61,791 nucleotides of DNA from Bifidobacteriaceae bacterium (GCA_029227215.1 JAQXZM010000029.1:1-61791); one strand, 5' to 3'; shown: positions 30,317-40,953, counted from the first letter of the stretch. The notes: generated by a model from the letters alone, not told the origin. Program-made: numbers and translations.

Positions 30317-33300
30317 ATGGATTCCGCACAGACTGATTCCGCACAGACCGATTCCGCACAAATGGGTTCCGTACAGGGCGGCGCAGCACAGGATAACGGT
30401 CTGCACAACGGTGCAGGGCAAGGCGATATGGTGCAGGATGCTGCGAAAAATAGCGACAATGCCCAGCTGGGCAGCAAGACACATAGTCACACGGGCGGTT
30501 TCCGCGACGTGCTCAGGACCATCGTCAAGGAATCCGAGAACACAAGCCAGCAAGGCACGGAATTCGAATATGCCACACGGTACTTCCTCATGCACGACCC
30601 CGAATGGCAGCACAAATTCACGCAGGTGTGGATGTGGAAGGATGCGCCCAAGTCCCTCACGCAGGGCAAGCATGACACAGGCATCGACCTGGTGGCGCAA
30701 GACACGAGCGGTGCGTACTGGGCCATCCAAGCCAAATGCTATTCCCATGAGCTCACCGAAAGGAATGTGTCGACGTTCTATATGACGGCGCTCGGTGGCG
30801 AGTACAAGGGCCTGATTCTTGCCGACACCGCTCCCCGACTGAGCAGCCACCTCCAGGAATACCTGGATGATGCGCAGCGCAACAACCCCGATCTTGAGTT
30901 TTCCCGTGTGGATTTCGAGACGCTTGCGAACTCCAACATCGACTGGAGTCCGTTCACCAAGCGCCCGGAAGACACCCGCACGCTCTATGAGCCTCGCTCA
31001 TATCAACGCGAAGCCATCGATGCCGTGAAGGCAACGTTCGCCGACCGTGACCGCGCGACGATCGTGATGGCATGCGGCTCCGGCAAGACGCTCACCGCAT
31101 TGCGCCTGGCTGAGGAGCAGTGCCCGCACGGCACCGTGCTGTTCCTCGCGCCGTCCATCTCGCTCGTGAACCAAACGATGCGCAGCTGGGTGAACCAAGT
31201 GAAGGGTCGCATCAACCTTTACGTCGTGTGCTCCGACCGCCGCGCCGGCAGTACGCGGGGCAAGAGCGACGAGGCGTATGGCCGGCTCTCCGACTTCATG
31301 TACCCGGTCACGACGGACGCCGGCAAGCTGTGCAAGGAGTTCAGCAAGGACGATGATGCGCTCAACGTGGTGTTCAGCACCTACCAGTCCATCAGCGTGA
31401 TTCACGAAGCCCAGGAGAAGGGCCTTATGGACTTTGATCTCATCATCTGCGATGAGGCGCACCGCACGGCGGGTCTGGTGCGTGAGGAAGGCGACTTCCA
31501 GCGCGTGCACAACAACGACTACATCCACGGCGCGAAGCGCCTGTACATGACCGCCACGCCGCGCGTGTATGAACCCTCCGCCAAGAAGAAGGGCGAGCAG
31601 CTCGGTGCACAGCTCGTGGCCAGCATGGACGACGAGAGCATCTACGGCCCCATCGCCTACTACCTGGGATTCGGCAAGGCGGTGGACCTAGGCATCCTCA
31701 CCGATTACAAAGTGGTGGTGCTCAACGTGAACGAAGAGGCCATCCCTGAATCCTTGCAGCGGGGCATCGCCGCAGGCCAGTATGGCAACGCGAACGGCGA
31801 GCTGTCGATGGATGACGCCGGCAAGTACATCGGCGTGTGGAAGGCACTCTATGACCGCAGCGGATCCCAGCAGATCAAGGTGCTGGGCGAGCATGCGGAG
31901 AACGACCCGGACAGCGACCAGGCGTTGCTGCACCACGCCATCTCGTTCGCGCCCACCATCAAAGACAGCAAGCGCATGAAGGATGAGTTCGAGAAGGTCG
32001 TCACGGGCTATTCCAAGGCGCTGCAGCAGGAGGCCGCGCAGCATCCGGACGATGAAGGCCTGGTGCGCGAGGCGAAGGCGATCGGCGATGTGCAAGGGCA
32101 CATCAAGGTGAGCGTGGACCATGTGGATGGCGGTATGGGTGCCGACGAGCGCCTGGCGAAGTTGCGCGAACTCGCAGCCGATGACGGCGTGTGCCATATC
32201 CTTTCGAACGCACGGTGCCTTTCCGAAGGCATCGACGTGCCGGCGCTCGATGCGGTCATCTACATGTCGAGCCGCAAGAGCCACGTCGACATCATCCAGT
32301 CCGTGGGCCGAGTGATGCGCAAGGCGCCGGGCAAGAAGTACGGCTACATCATTTTGCCGGTGTTCATCCCGGCGGGCGAAGACATGGGTGTCGGTCTTGC
32401 CAGCGGACGCTACCAGGCGGTGTGGCAGGTCATCAACGCCTTGCGCAGCCACGATGAGCGGCTCAATGGCAAGATCAACGCCGTGCAGCTGGGCGACACC
32501 CACGCGCTCGACAGCCTCATCGAAGTAGATTCCGTGGGGGCCGACCGTGTGCATGCGCCGGCGAAGCGCCGTCACCCGGGTACGCAAATGTCGGATGAGG
32601 AAAGCGATCCCCATGCGCTCAGTGGCGATGAGAACGGGCAGGAGGGCGACGGCAACAACGGCAGTGGCGGTGACGGCAACGGCACACAGGGCGAACTCGA
32701 CCTGTTCACGGAGGATGCGGCGCAGCTGGGCAAGTACATTCGCGCCGAGATCGTGAAGCGTTGCGGCAGCCGCATCTACTGGGACATGTGGACCGACAAC
32801 GTGGCCCGCATCACCGCCAATCGTGCCGAGGCCATTGCCGAGATCATCGAATCCGGCAAGGCGCGGGAGGGCTTCGACGCGTTCCTCAACGGCATGAAGG
32901 CCACGCTCAACGACGAATACGATGAGACGAGCGCCATCAGCGTGCTCGCCCAGCACGAGGTGACGCGGCCGATCTTCCAAAGCCTATTCGACAACCCGCA
33001 GGTGGTGGCGAACAATCCGATCGTGCAAGGCATGGACCGGGCGCTGGAAGGGCTCTACGAGGCAGGCCTGCCCCGGCATCTGGAGGACGCCGACAGGAAG
33101 CTGGGCGACCTGTACGCCCAGATCAAGGAGATCGCCGGCGACATCAAGGACGACCAGGCCAAGCAGAACCTCATCAAGGAGATCTACAACGAGTTCTTCT
33201 CCAAGGCGTTCAAAGACACGGCCGAGACGCTGGGCATCGTGTACACGCCGGTGGAGGTGGTGGACGCGCAGCTGCACATGGTGCAGCGTGCGCTGCGCCG

Positions 33301-35647
33301 CGAGTTTGGCACCAGCCTTGGGGAGCGCGGCGTGCACATCCTCGATGGCTTCGCCGGAACCGGCACCTACATGACGCGCCTCATCGAAGACCCTGAGCTC
33401 ATCAGCGACGAAGATTTGCCTTATAAGTACGAGCACGACCTGCATTCCAACGAGATTGTGCCGCTGGCGTCGATGATCATGGATGTGAACATCGAGCAGT
33501 CGTACCACAAGCGCATGGGCGGTGACTACGTGCCGTTCCCCGGCGCGCTGCTCACCGACACGTTCCAGATGAGCGAGGACGGCGACACGATTGATCAGTC
33601 CGTGTTCACCGAGAACACCGCGCGTTGCCAGGAACAGCTGGCGACCGACATCACGGTGATCGTGGGGAATCCGCCATATAGCTCTGGCCAGAAAAACGCG
33701 AATGACAACAACAAGAATTCAGCATATCCAACGCTCGACCACAGGATTGCGGAAACGTACTTGGCGGACGTGGATGCCTCCAATGTGCGGCAAATGTACG
33801 ACCATTACATCCGCGCATTCCGCTGGGCGTCCGACCGCATTGGCGATTCCGGCATCGTGTGCTTTGTCTCGAACGGTGGATGGCTCACGAGCGCCGCAGG
33901 CGCGGGCATGCGCCGTTGCCTTGTCAAGGAGTTCAACTCCATCTACGTGTACAACCTGCGAGGCAACCAGCGCACCCAAGGCGAGGAGTCGCGACGTGAA
34001 GGCGGCAAGATCTTTGCCTCGGGTTCTCGCGCAACGATTGCCATCACGATGCTGGTGAAGAACCCGGCATCCACCGAGCATGGCGTGATCCACTACAACC
34101 AGGTGGCCGACTACATGAGCCGCGAGGACAAGCTCAAGGAACTCACCACCGTGGTGAAGCACGATCCGGAATGGGCGGACCTTACGCCGGACGATCATGG
34201 CGACTGGCTCAACCAACGCGATGACAGCTTCTATACCTTCATTCCAATAGCGCTTGGAAAGGGCGACAAGGGGCCACAGGGGTTGTTCTCCACATATTCT
34301 CTTGGAGTTGCGACTGGTATGGATCCTTGGGCATGGGATTTTTCGAAGTCGAGATTGCAAACGCGCACTTCAACAATGGTGACGTATCTCAATTCGGAAC
34401 ATAACCGGTTGAGGGAGAATGGCACATTAGCGGCAATCGAACAGATGCCGTCGAAAAAACGCAACAATGCTCTTGCGAAGGCGGTGCGATATGACATTCG
34501 CAAGATCGCATGGACGGAGAAGGTCCTCCAAACTTTGCTACACAAAGAAAATACACAGTGGAGAAGGAAGGACCGTGTTGGTAGTTATCGGCCATTCTGC
34601 AAACAGCATTTGTATTTCGAAGGTGCGCTTATTGCACGACCGTATCGCCAGCCGCAGCTGTTTCCTTATGGGAACGCTAAGAACATTGAGATCACCACGG
34701 GTGAGCGGGGAACGTTCATCACGGATTGCATCCCTGATCTGGAACTCAACCATCACGGCCAGTGCTTCCCGCTCTATTGGTATGAACCGGTGAGCGCTGC
34801 CGAGGCGCAGCAGTTGCCTGCTAACGATGTGGTGGAGGGCGACGATGAAGGCGACGCTCCGGAATCGCAACCCGCCCAGGTCGATCTCTTCGGTGTCGCG
34901 GATTCCGCATCTGGAGCATCCACGGGCGCATCCACGGGAGCTGCTGCCAAACGCGCAAAGCGGTATATCCGGCATGACGCCGTCACCGACGTGGCGCTCA
35001 GCGTATTCCGCGAGGCATACCCAGGTGCGCTCGATGCGGATGACCACAAGGCGAAGGAAAGCATCTTCTACTACGTCTACGGCATCCTGCACAGCACCGA
35101 ATACCGCACGCGCTTCGCCAATAACCTGTCGAAGGATCTGCCGCGCATCCCACTTGCGCGGGACTTCCGGGCATTCGAAGCGGCTGGCCGCGCGCTCGCA
35201 GACCTGCATGTGCACTACGAGAATGTGGAACCGTGGCAAGGCGTGGAGGAGGAGGGCGACAGCGCCAACCCTGGCCGCACCGAGAAAATGCGGTATCCGC
35301 AGAAGATCGTGGAGGGCGACGGCACCAAGCACACCGACAAGAGCGTGCTTCAGGTGGCGGAGAACCTCACGCTCACCCACATCCCGCTCGAGGCATACCG
35401 GTATGTGGTGAACGGCAAGAGCGCCATCGATTGGCTCATCGACCGCTACCAGGTGCGCACCGACAAGAAGAGCGGCATCGTCAACGACCCGAACGATTGG
35501 TCGGATGACCCGCGCTACATCGTGGACTTGGTGGAGAAGGTCATCACCGTGAGCATGCGCACCCTCGCCATCATCCACGACCTGCCCGCCCTCCACGAGC
35601 TGCCGCACACCGCCAACTGGCCGATGGCGTGGAACGCCGGCAAGTGA
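30317..35647 (+). CDS. Type ISP restriction-modification enzyme (LlaGI/LlaBIII-like)
   Basis: Mrr-like nuclease (GTEFE, DTGIDL, QAKCY), SF2 ATPase (MACGSGKT, DEAH, TATP, QSVGRVMR), N6-adenine MTase (DGFAGTG, GNPPY), C-terminal TRD region (DLPRIP, VNGKSAIDW); start may be 30428. Confidence 0.92.
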   Translation: MDSAQTDSAQTDSAQMGSVQGGAAQDNGLHNGAGQGDMVQDAAKNSDNAQLGSKTHSHTGGFRDVLRTIVKESENTSQQGTEFEYATRYFLMHDPEWQHKFTQVWMWKDAPKSLTQGKHDTGIDLVAQDTSGAYWAIQAKCYSHELTERNVSTFYMTALGGEYKGLILADTAPRLSSHLQEYLDDAQRNNPDLEFSRVDFETLANSNIDWSPFTKRPEDTRTLYEPRSYQREAIDAVKATFADRDRATIVMACGSGKTLTALRLAEEQCPHGTVLFLAPSISLVNQTMRSWVNQVKGRINLYVVCSDRRAGSTRGKSDEAYGRLSDFMYPVTTDAGKLCKEFSKDDDALNVVFSTYQSISVIHEAQEKGLMDFDLIICDEAHRTAGLVREEGDFQRVHNNDYIHGAKRLYMTATPRVYEPSAKKKGEQLGAQLVASMDDESIYGPIAYYLGFGKAVDLGILTDYKVVVLNVNEEAIPESLQRGIAAGQYGNANGELSMDDAGKYIGVWKALYDRSGSQQIKVLGEHAENDPDSDQALLHHAISFAPTIKDSKRMKDEFEKVVTGYSKALQQEAAQHPDDEGLVREAKAIGDVQGHIKVSVDHVDGGMGADERLAKLRELAADDGVCHILSNARCLSEGIDVPALDAVIYMSSRKSHVDIIQSVGRVMRKAPGKKYGYIILPVFIPAGEDMGVGLASGRYQAVWQVINALRSHDERLNGKINAVQLGDTHALDSLIEVDSVGADRVHAPAKRRHPGTQMSDEESDPHALSGDENGQEGDGNNGSGGDGNGTQGELDLFTEDAAQLGKYIRAEIVKRCGSRIYWDMWTDNVARITANRAEAIAEIIESGKAREGFDAFLNGMKATLNDEYDETSAISVLAQHEVTRPIFQSLFDNPQVVANNPIVQGMDRALEGLYEAGLPRHLEDADRKLGDLYAQIKEIAGDIKDDQAKQNLIKEIYNEFFSKAFKDTAETLGIVYTPVEVVDAQLHMVQRALRREFGTSLGERGVHILDGFAGTGTYMTRLIEDPELISDEDLPYKYEHDLHSNEIVPLASMIMDVNIEQSYHKRMGGDYVPFPGALLTDTFQMSEDGDTIDQSVFTENTARCQEQLATDITVIVGNPPYSSGQKNANDNNKNSAYPTLDHRIAETYLADVDASNVRQMYDHYIRAFRWASDRIGDSGIVCFVSNGGWLTSAAGAGMRRCLVKEFNSIYVYNLRGNQRTQGEESRREGGKIFASGSRATIAITMLVKNPASTEHGVIHYNQVADYMSREDKLKELTTVVKHDPEWADLTPDDHGDWLNQRDDSFYTFIPIALGKGDKGPQGLFSTYSLGVATGMDPWAWDFSKSRLQTRTSTMVTYLNSEHNRLRENGTLAAIEQMPSKKRNNALAKAVRYDIRKIAWTEKVLQTLLHKENTQWRRKDRVGSYRPFCKQHLYFEGALIARPYRQPQLFPYGNAKNIEITTGERGTFITDCIPDLELNHHGQCFPLYWYEPVSAAEAQQLPANDVVEGDDEGDAPESQPAQVDLFGVADSASGASTGASTGAAAKRAKRYIRHDAVTDVALSVFREAYPGALDADDHKAKESIFYYVYGILHSTEYRTRFANNLSKDLPRIPLARDFRAFEAAGRALADLHVHYENVEPWQGVEEEGDSANPGRTEKMRYPQKIVEGDGTKHTDKSVLQVAENLTLTHIPLEAYRYVVNGKSAIDWLIDRYQVRTDKKSGIVNDPNDWSDDPRYIVDLVEKVITVSMRTLAIIHDLPALHELPHTANWPMAWNAGK

Positions 35648-35675
35648 GAAGGCGCTGCCAGCCAGTCAATCAGCG

Positions 35676-35829
35676 CCAACGTGGGATTCCGGCCAGCATC
35701 GCGACCTCTCGAAGGGTGAAATCATGGCCCAAACCCCAAGTTCGGCGGATTCGATAATGCCCAACGTGGGGTTTCGGCCAGCATTGTGACTCCTCGGAGG
35801 GCAGAATAGCGGCTCAAACCCCACGTTGG
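35676..35829. repeat. Tandem pair of family A 69-bp elements
   Basis: Units start CCAACGTGGG at 35676 and 35761 and end with (AA)ACCCCA(A/C)GTT(C/G)G. Confidence 0.85.
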
Positions 35830-35857
35830 GCAGGATGATAGTGAACTGGTATACAAG

Positions 35858-35912
35858 CAAAAGGCTGGTTCGTGCACAGTCACCGTGTGGTGTGTGCACG
35901 AACCAGCCTTTG
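35858..35912. terminator. Probable bidirectional terminator between the RM gene and metY
   Basis: AAAAGGCTGGTTCGTGCACA...TGTGCACGAACCAGCCTTTG. Confidence 0.7.
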
Positions 35913-35974
35913 TCGTGTGGGGGTGCTGATCCCCTGCCTCAACCCGCCTTGCGGGCGGCTGTCACTCCCCGCCT

Positions 35975-37297
35975 TTACAGCGTGGCGTCCATGGCTTGCT
36001 TGAGGTCGGCGATGATGTCGTCGGCGTCCTCAAGGCCGCAGCTGAGGCGCACGAGGTCGATGCCCACGCCGGCCTCCTTGAGCTGCTCCTCGGTGAGCTG
36101 GCGGTGCGTGGTGCCTGCTGGGTAGAGGATGCAGGAGCGGGAATCCGCCACATGGGTGGCGATGGAGACGAGCTTCAGGTGGTCGAGGAAGGCCGAGACC
36201 TTCTCGCGACCGCCGGGCACGCCGAATGCGATGACGCCGCAGGTGCCGTTCGGCATGTACTTCTGGGCGCGCTCGTAGTACTTGTCGGTCTCGAGGCCGG
36301 GGTGGTTCACCCACGCAACGCGTGGGTCGGAGTCAAGGAACTTCGCCACCTTGTAGCCGTTCTTCACATGCTGGCGCATGCGCAGGCCCAGGTCCTCGAG
36401 GTTCTGGCCGAGCACCCACGCGTTGAACGGCGAGGGGATGGAGCCGAAGTCGCGCATGAGCTGCGCCACGCACTTGGTGATGAACGCGCCGCCCTGGCCG
36501 AACTGCTGGGCGTAGACCACGCCATGGTAGGAGTCATCCGGGGTGGTGAGACCGGGGAACTTATCGGCATGCGCCATCCAGTCGAAGTTGCCCGAATCCA
36601 CGATGGCGCCGCCCACGGTGGAGCCATGGCCGTCCATGTACTTGGTGGTGGAGTGGGTCACGATGTCGACGCCGAACTCGAACGGGCGGCAGTTGACCGG
36701 CGTGGGGAACGTGTTGTCGACGATGAGCGGCACGCCGTGGCGGTGCGCGGCGGCGGCGAACTTGTCGAAGTCGAACACCATGAGCGAGGGGTTTGCGATG
36801 GATTCGCCGAACACCGCCTTCGTGTTGGGCTTGAACGCCGCCTCGAGCTCCTCCTCGGTGCAATCGGGGTGCACAAACGTGCAGTCGATGCCCATGCGGC
36901 GCATCGTGACGTTGATGAGGTTGTAGGTGCCGCCGTAGATGGCGTTCGACGCGACGATGTGGTCGCCCGCCGAGCAGATGTTGAACAGTGCGAAGAAGTT
37001 CGCCGCCTGGCCGGAGCTCGTGAGGATCGCCGCGGTGCCGCCCTCAAGCTCGCAGATCTTCTTCGCCACCACGTCGTTCGTGGGGTTCGACAGGCGCGTG
37101 TAGAAGTAGCCGGACTCCGAGAGGTCGAACAAGCGCGACATCTGCTCGCTGCTTGTGTACTTGAACGTGGTGGATTCCACGATCGGAGGGGTGCGCGGCT
37201 CGCCGTTCTTCGGCTGCCAGCCGGACTGCACACACAGGGTGTCGAGCGGGTGGGAGCACTTGCAGTGCTTGTTTGGTTCAGACGTTGCTTCAGACAT
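35975..37297 (-). CDS. metY: O-acetylhomoserine aminocarboxypropyltransferase / cysteine synthase
   Basis: YTRLSNPT, VDNTF, PLP lysine in HSTTKY, VRLSCGLE. Confidence 0.88.
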   Translation of the reverse strand: MSEATSEPNKHCKCSHPLDTLCVQSGWQPKNGEPRTPPIVESTTFKYTSSEQMSRLFDLSESGYFYTRLSNPTNDVVAKKICELEGGTAAILTSSGQAANFFALFNICSAGDHIVASNAIYGGTYNLINVTMRRMGIDCTFVHPDCTEEELEAAFKPNTKAVFGESIANPSLMVFDFDKFAAAAHRHGVPLIVDNTFPTPVNCRPFEFGVDIVTHSTTKYMDGHGSTVGGAIVDSGNFDWMAHADKFPGLTTPDDSYHGVVYAQQFGQGGAFITKCVAQLMRDFGSIPSPFNAWVLGQNLEDLGLRMRQHVKNGYKVAKFLDSDPRVAWVNHPGLETDKYYERAQKYMPNGTCGVIAFGVPGGREKVSAFLDHLKLVSIATHVADSRSCILYPAGTTHRQLTEEQLKEAGVGIDLVRLSCGLEDADDIIADLKQAMDATL

Positions 37298-37370
37298 GGG
37301 GAACTCTGCCTTTCGCTTGCTTGGGTTCAGTTATTGGGTTGGTTCAGTTGTGGTTCAATTATGGTTCAAT

Positions 37371-37676
37371 CTACTCGCGCACGAGGCGGATCTTCTCGAT
37401 GTCGTCGCGCTGGGATTCACGGTAGATCACGAAGCGGTTGCCGATTGTCTGCACGAGCTCGGCGTGGAGCTTGCTGCACAGCGTTTGCGCGGCTTCCTTG
37501 GCGTCGACGCCGACGTCCGGCAGCACCTGGCACTTGATGAGCTCGCGCTTCTCGATCGTCTCGTCGGCCTGCTTGATGGTGGCGTCGGTGATGCCGTTCT
37601 TGCCGATGATGAGCAGCGGGCTGAGCTTCTGCCCCAGGGCGCGCAGCTGCTTGGTTTGCTTCTTGGTAAGGGTCAT
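37371..37676 (-). CDS. yhbY: YhbY/CRM RNA-binding protein
   Basis: MTLTKKQTKQLRALG...IGKNG...ELIK...VQTIGNRFVIYR. Confidence 0.9.
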   Translation of the reverse strand: MTLTKKQTKQLRALGQKLSPLLIIGKNGITDATIKQADETIEKRELIKCQVLPDVGVDAKEAAQTLCSKLHAELVQTIGNRFVIYRESQRDDIEKIRLVRE

Positions 37677-37771
37677 GACTCCTCGTTTCCGTCGATGATT
37701 CCAAGGGTATCGTATGGGCGGTATCGGGGCGGGCGCGGGGATTCGCTGCGCCTGCGCAAATCCGCCCACGC

Positions 37772-37892
37772 AAAGAAAAAGCCCGGCGATAGGGGAAACG
37801 CCGGGCATTCATCAGAGAGAAGGAGAGAAGAAGGGATTCAATTATCAGGAACCCTAGGGAAGGTCCCCGTCGGAAGCTTTCGCTTTCGATGG
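37772..37892 (-). ncRNA. Candidate structured small RNA or attenuator leader
   Basis: GAAA-tetraloop hairpin, CCCU-loop hairpin, CU-rich linker containing CUCCUU, terminator hairpin with U tail; no ORF ends here on this strand. Confidence 0.5.
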
Positions 37893-38079
37893 TTTTATAT
37901 AACGTCGCGAAGCTGAGTGGACCGGGGTGTTTTCTATGGGAATTGCGTGGGAAAGCCGTCTGAATGTGTGTAAAGTCAGGGTTGGCGGCAGGCAGTTCGT
38001 TGCGATTGCAACGAATTACTGCGCGCAATCGTATGGCAATTCACGTGGCAATTCACGCACACTCACGCAGCAAGGAGGC

Positions 38080-39573
38080 ATGATGGCGCAGGAAGACAAA
38101 GCCGACGCCGGGTACGCCAAGGAGCTTCAACCCAGGCACATCAGGATGATCGCGATTGGCGGATCCATCGGCACCGGTCTGTTCCTCGGCACCGGCGGGC
38201 GCCTGGCGCAAGGCGGCCCCGGGCTCATGTTCGCCTACGCCATCTGCGGCGTGTTCGCCTTCCTCATGGTGCGCGCGCTCGGCGAGCTCGCCATCCGCCG
38301 CCCGTCGTCCGGCGCCATCGTCTCGTATGCGCGCGAGTTCTACGGCGAGAAGGGCGCCTACTTCGCCGGCTGGCTCTACTACATCGTGTGGGCCACCGTG
38401 CTCATGGCGGACTCCACCGCCTCCGCGCTGTACCTCAAATACTGGTCGGTGTTCGACCCCGTGCCACAATGGGTGCTCGCGTTCGCCGTGCTCGCCATCG
38501 TGTTCATCGTCAACATGCTGAGCGTCAAGCTGTTCGGCGAGGCGGAGTTCTGGTTCGCCGCCATCAAGGTCGCCATGATCGTGCTGTTCATCGTCGTGGG
38601 CCTGTGGGCGGCGTTCACCGGCACCCATGTGGGCCAGTACACCGCCGGCATCCACAACATCACCGACAACGGCGGCCTGTTCCCGCAGGGCCTGGGCGTG
38701 GTGCTTACCCTCACGCTCGGCGTCATCTACGCATTCGGCGGCACCGAGATGGTGGGCGTCGCCTCCGGCGAGGCGAAGGACGCCCAGACCGTGCTGCCCA
38801 AGGCCATCAACTCGATGATCGTGCGCATCCTTGTGTTCTATGTGGGCTCCGTCGCCGTGATGGCGATCGTGCTGCCCTACACCGCGTACTCGGCGAACGA
38901 ATCGCCGTTCGTCACGTTCTTCTCCGGCCTGGGCGTGGCACACGCCGGCGACATCGTACAGATCGTGGTGCTCACCGCCGCGATGTCTGCCCTGAACTCC
39001 GGCCTGTATGCCTCCGGCCGCACGCTGCGCTCGCTCGCGCTCGCCGGCTCGGCGCCCAAGGTGGCGCGCAAGCTCAACAAGCACAAGGTGCCCTCGGGCG
39101 CCATCCCCGTCACGATGGGCGTGGCGATGATCGGCGTGGTGCTCAACGCCATCGTGCCGAGCGCCGCGTTCAACATCGTCATGAATCTCGCCGGCATTGG
39201 CATCGCCACCGTGTGGGGGCTCATCATGCTCATCCACATCGCGTTCATGCGCCGCGTGAGCAAGGGGTTGGAGGAGCGCCCCGCCTACCACTTGCCCGGT
39301 GCGCCCGTGACCGACTGGGTGACGCTTGTGTTCTTCGCCATCGTGGTGCTTTCGAACTTCTTCACCCTGGAAGGCCGCGAGACGATCGGCGTGTTCGCTG
39401 TGGTGATCGTGGCGCTGATCATCGGCTGGTACGCGGTGCGCGGGCGCATCAATGGCACGATGCTCGACAACATGCTCGACATCAACGATGACGCCCTGGG
39501 CGTGCCCGATGAGGAGCGCGCCGTCGTGACCCCGGGCAACGGGGACGACGAGCGCGTGCCGCTCATCAAGTAG
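38080..39573 (+). CDS. APC-family amino acid permease (AnsP/AroP-like)
   Basis: RHIRMIAIGGSIGTGLFLG, FGEAEFW, SPFV; AAGGAGG SD. Confidence 0.9.
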   Translation: MMAQEDKADAGYAKELQPRHIRMIAIGGSIGTGLFLGTGGRLAQGGPGLMFAYAICGVFAFLMVRALGELAIRRPSSGAIVSYAREFYGEKGAYFAGWLYYIVWATVLMADSTASALYLKYWSVFDPVPQWVLAFAVLAIVFIVNMLSVKLFGEAEFWFAAIKVAMIVLFIVVGLWAAFTGTHVGQYTAGIHNITDNGGLFPQGLGVVLTLTLGVIYAFGGTEMVGVASGEAKDAQTVLPKAINSMIVRILVFYVGSVAVMAIVLPYTAYSANESPFVTFFSGLGVAHAGDIVQIVVLTAAMSALNSGLYASGRTLRSLALAGSAPKVARKLNKHKVPSGAIPVTMGVAMIGVVLNAIVPSAAFNIVMNLAGIGIATVWGLIMLIHIAFMRRVSKGLEERPAYHLPGAPVTDWVTLVFFAIVVLSNFFTLEGRETIGVFAVVIVALIIGWYAVRGRINGTMLDNMLDINDDALGVPDEERAVVTPGNGDDERVPLIK

Positions 39574-39657
39574 AGGCAAGGAACGGCAAGGTAGCGGTAA
39601 GGAACGGAAGGTAGCAGGGCGCGTCACCGTCGGGGTGCGTCCACAAGCATCAATAAC

Positions 39658-39688
39658 GAGGCCCGGAGCTGATGTGCTCCGGGCCTCT
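39658..39688. terminator. Hairpin between the convergent permease and hydrolase
   Basis: GAGGCCCGGAGC-loop-GCTCCGGGCCTC. Confidence 0.55.
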
Positions 39689-39846
39689 GTGCGTTGTCGG
39701 CGATTGTCGGCGATTGCCGTGCTGATTCCCGACACGCTCATTTGGGTTGGCGCGAATGGATGGGGACAACCGGATCGTTCGCATGGCGGTGCGTCAGCAC
39801 CATGCCATGCGCAACGCGGCGCCTCAAGGAATCACGGGAACCGCGA

Positions 39847-40953
39847 TCACGCCTCGAACTTGCCGGGCTCCTCCCACTCGGCGGGGCTGGCGTAGTAATC
39901 GAAGAAGTTGAGCGACTCCTCCATCACCTGCCCCAGCAGCTGGTTGGGCAGGCTGCCCTGCTCGTGCGGGGCGCCGTCGAGGCGGATCAGCGAGGCTTCG
40001 CCGCCGTCGTCCGTCAGGTGCATCACGAATTGGTCTTGCGCCGGGAGCGAGACCTGGGTGTCGTTGCCGGACTGGATGAGCAGGACCGGCGTGGTGATGC
40101 GGCCAATCGCGCTGTCGCGGCGGATGCTCTTGGAAAGCCGTAGCATCTCGCGCACCCAGCCGTTCGTCGCCTCGAAGTTCTGGTAATGGCCGTCCTCGGC
40201 GCGCACGTCGTAGAGCCACTTGCCGCGTGCCATCGACAGACCCGGCGCCACCAGGTCCTCGCTCCACGCGGGGAACGGCGACTGGCCGGGCGCCGGTGCC
40301 TCGCCGCCGCGGCCCACGCACAGCGCGTCGAGCGCGGCAGGCGCCACCTGCTCGGGCACGCCCACGATCGGCTCGATCATGGGCGCCGACAGCACAAGCG
40401 CATCGAGGGTGGACGGGTACTGCTCGGTGAGTGCCACCGCGATGCCGCCGCCCATCGAATGCGCGTACATGCACAGCGCCACGCCGGGGTCGAGCGGGCG
40501 GGCGACCGTCTCGCAGAACTTCTTGAGGTCCACCACGTAGCGGCGCCAGTCGTCGATCCACACGCGGTCGAAGTCGCCCAGGTCGCGCGGCGAGTAGCCG
40601 TGGCCGCGGTCCTCGAGGATTGCCACGTTGTAGCCATTGGCGAGGAAGTAGTACGAGATCTCGTCGTAGCGGCCGTAGAACTCCGAGAACCCGTGGGCGA
40701 TCACGATGGTGCCCTTCGCGCCATCGGTGTTCGAAGGCGCGGCGGTTTCGCGGTTCTTCGCGGGGAAGTCGGCGTAGCGGTAGGTGACGTAGCGCAGCTC
40801 GCCGTTGTGGGAATCCTGCGGGATCGCCAGGTCCGTGAGACCTGGATGCGTGGCGGGCGCCATCCAGCCTTCTTTTGCGCACGCGGCGAGGGCGGGCTGC
40901 ACCGTGTCGGTCATGGCGGTCGTGAAATCGTTCTCATCGATGAGCGTGACCAT
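39847..40953 (-). CDS. Alpha/beta hydrolase (lysophospholipase L2-like)
   Basis: HGFSE, DRGHGYS, AHSMGG, LSAPM, APHE. Confidence 0.87.
   Translation of the reverse strand: MVTLIDENDFTTAMTDTVQPALAACAKEGWMAPATHPGLTDLAIPQDSHNGELRYVTYRYADFPAKNRETAAPSNTDGAKGTIVIAHGFSEFYGRYDEISYYFLANGYNVAILEDRGHGYSPRDLGDFDRVWIDDWRRYVVDLKKFCETVARPLDPGVALCMYAHSMGGGIAVALTEQYPSTLDALVLSAPMIEPIVGVPEQVAPAALDALCVGRGGEAPAPGQSPFPAWSEDLVAPGLSMARGKWLYDVRAEDGHYQNFEATNGWVREMLRLSKSIRRDSAIGRITTPVLLIQSGNDTQVSLPAQDQFVMHLTDDGGEASLIRLDGAPHEQGSLPNQLLGQVMEESLNFFDYYASPAEWEEPGKFEA

Noticed and set aside
37298..37370. SAM riboswitch or T-box leader for metY
   Set aside because: Only ~70 nt of GGTT-rich sequence and no recognisable aptamer
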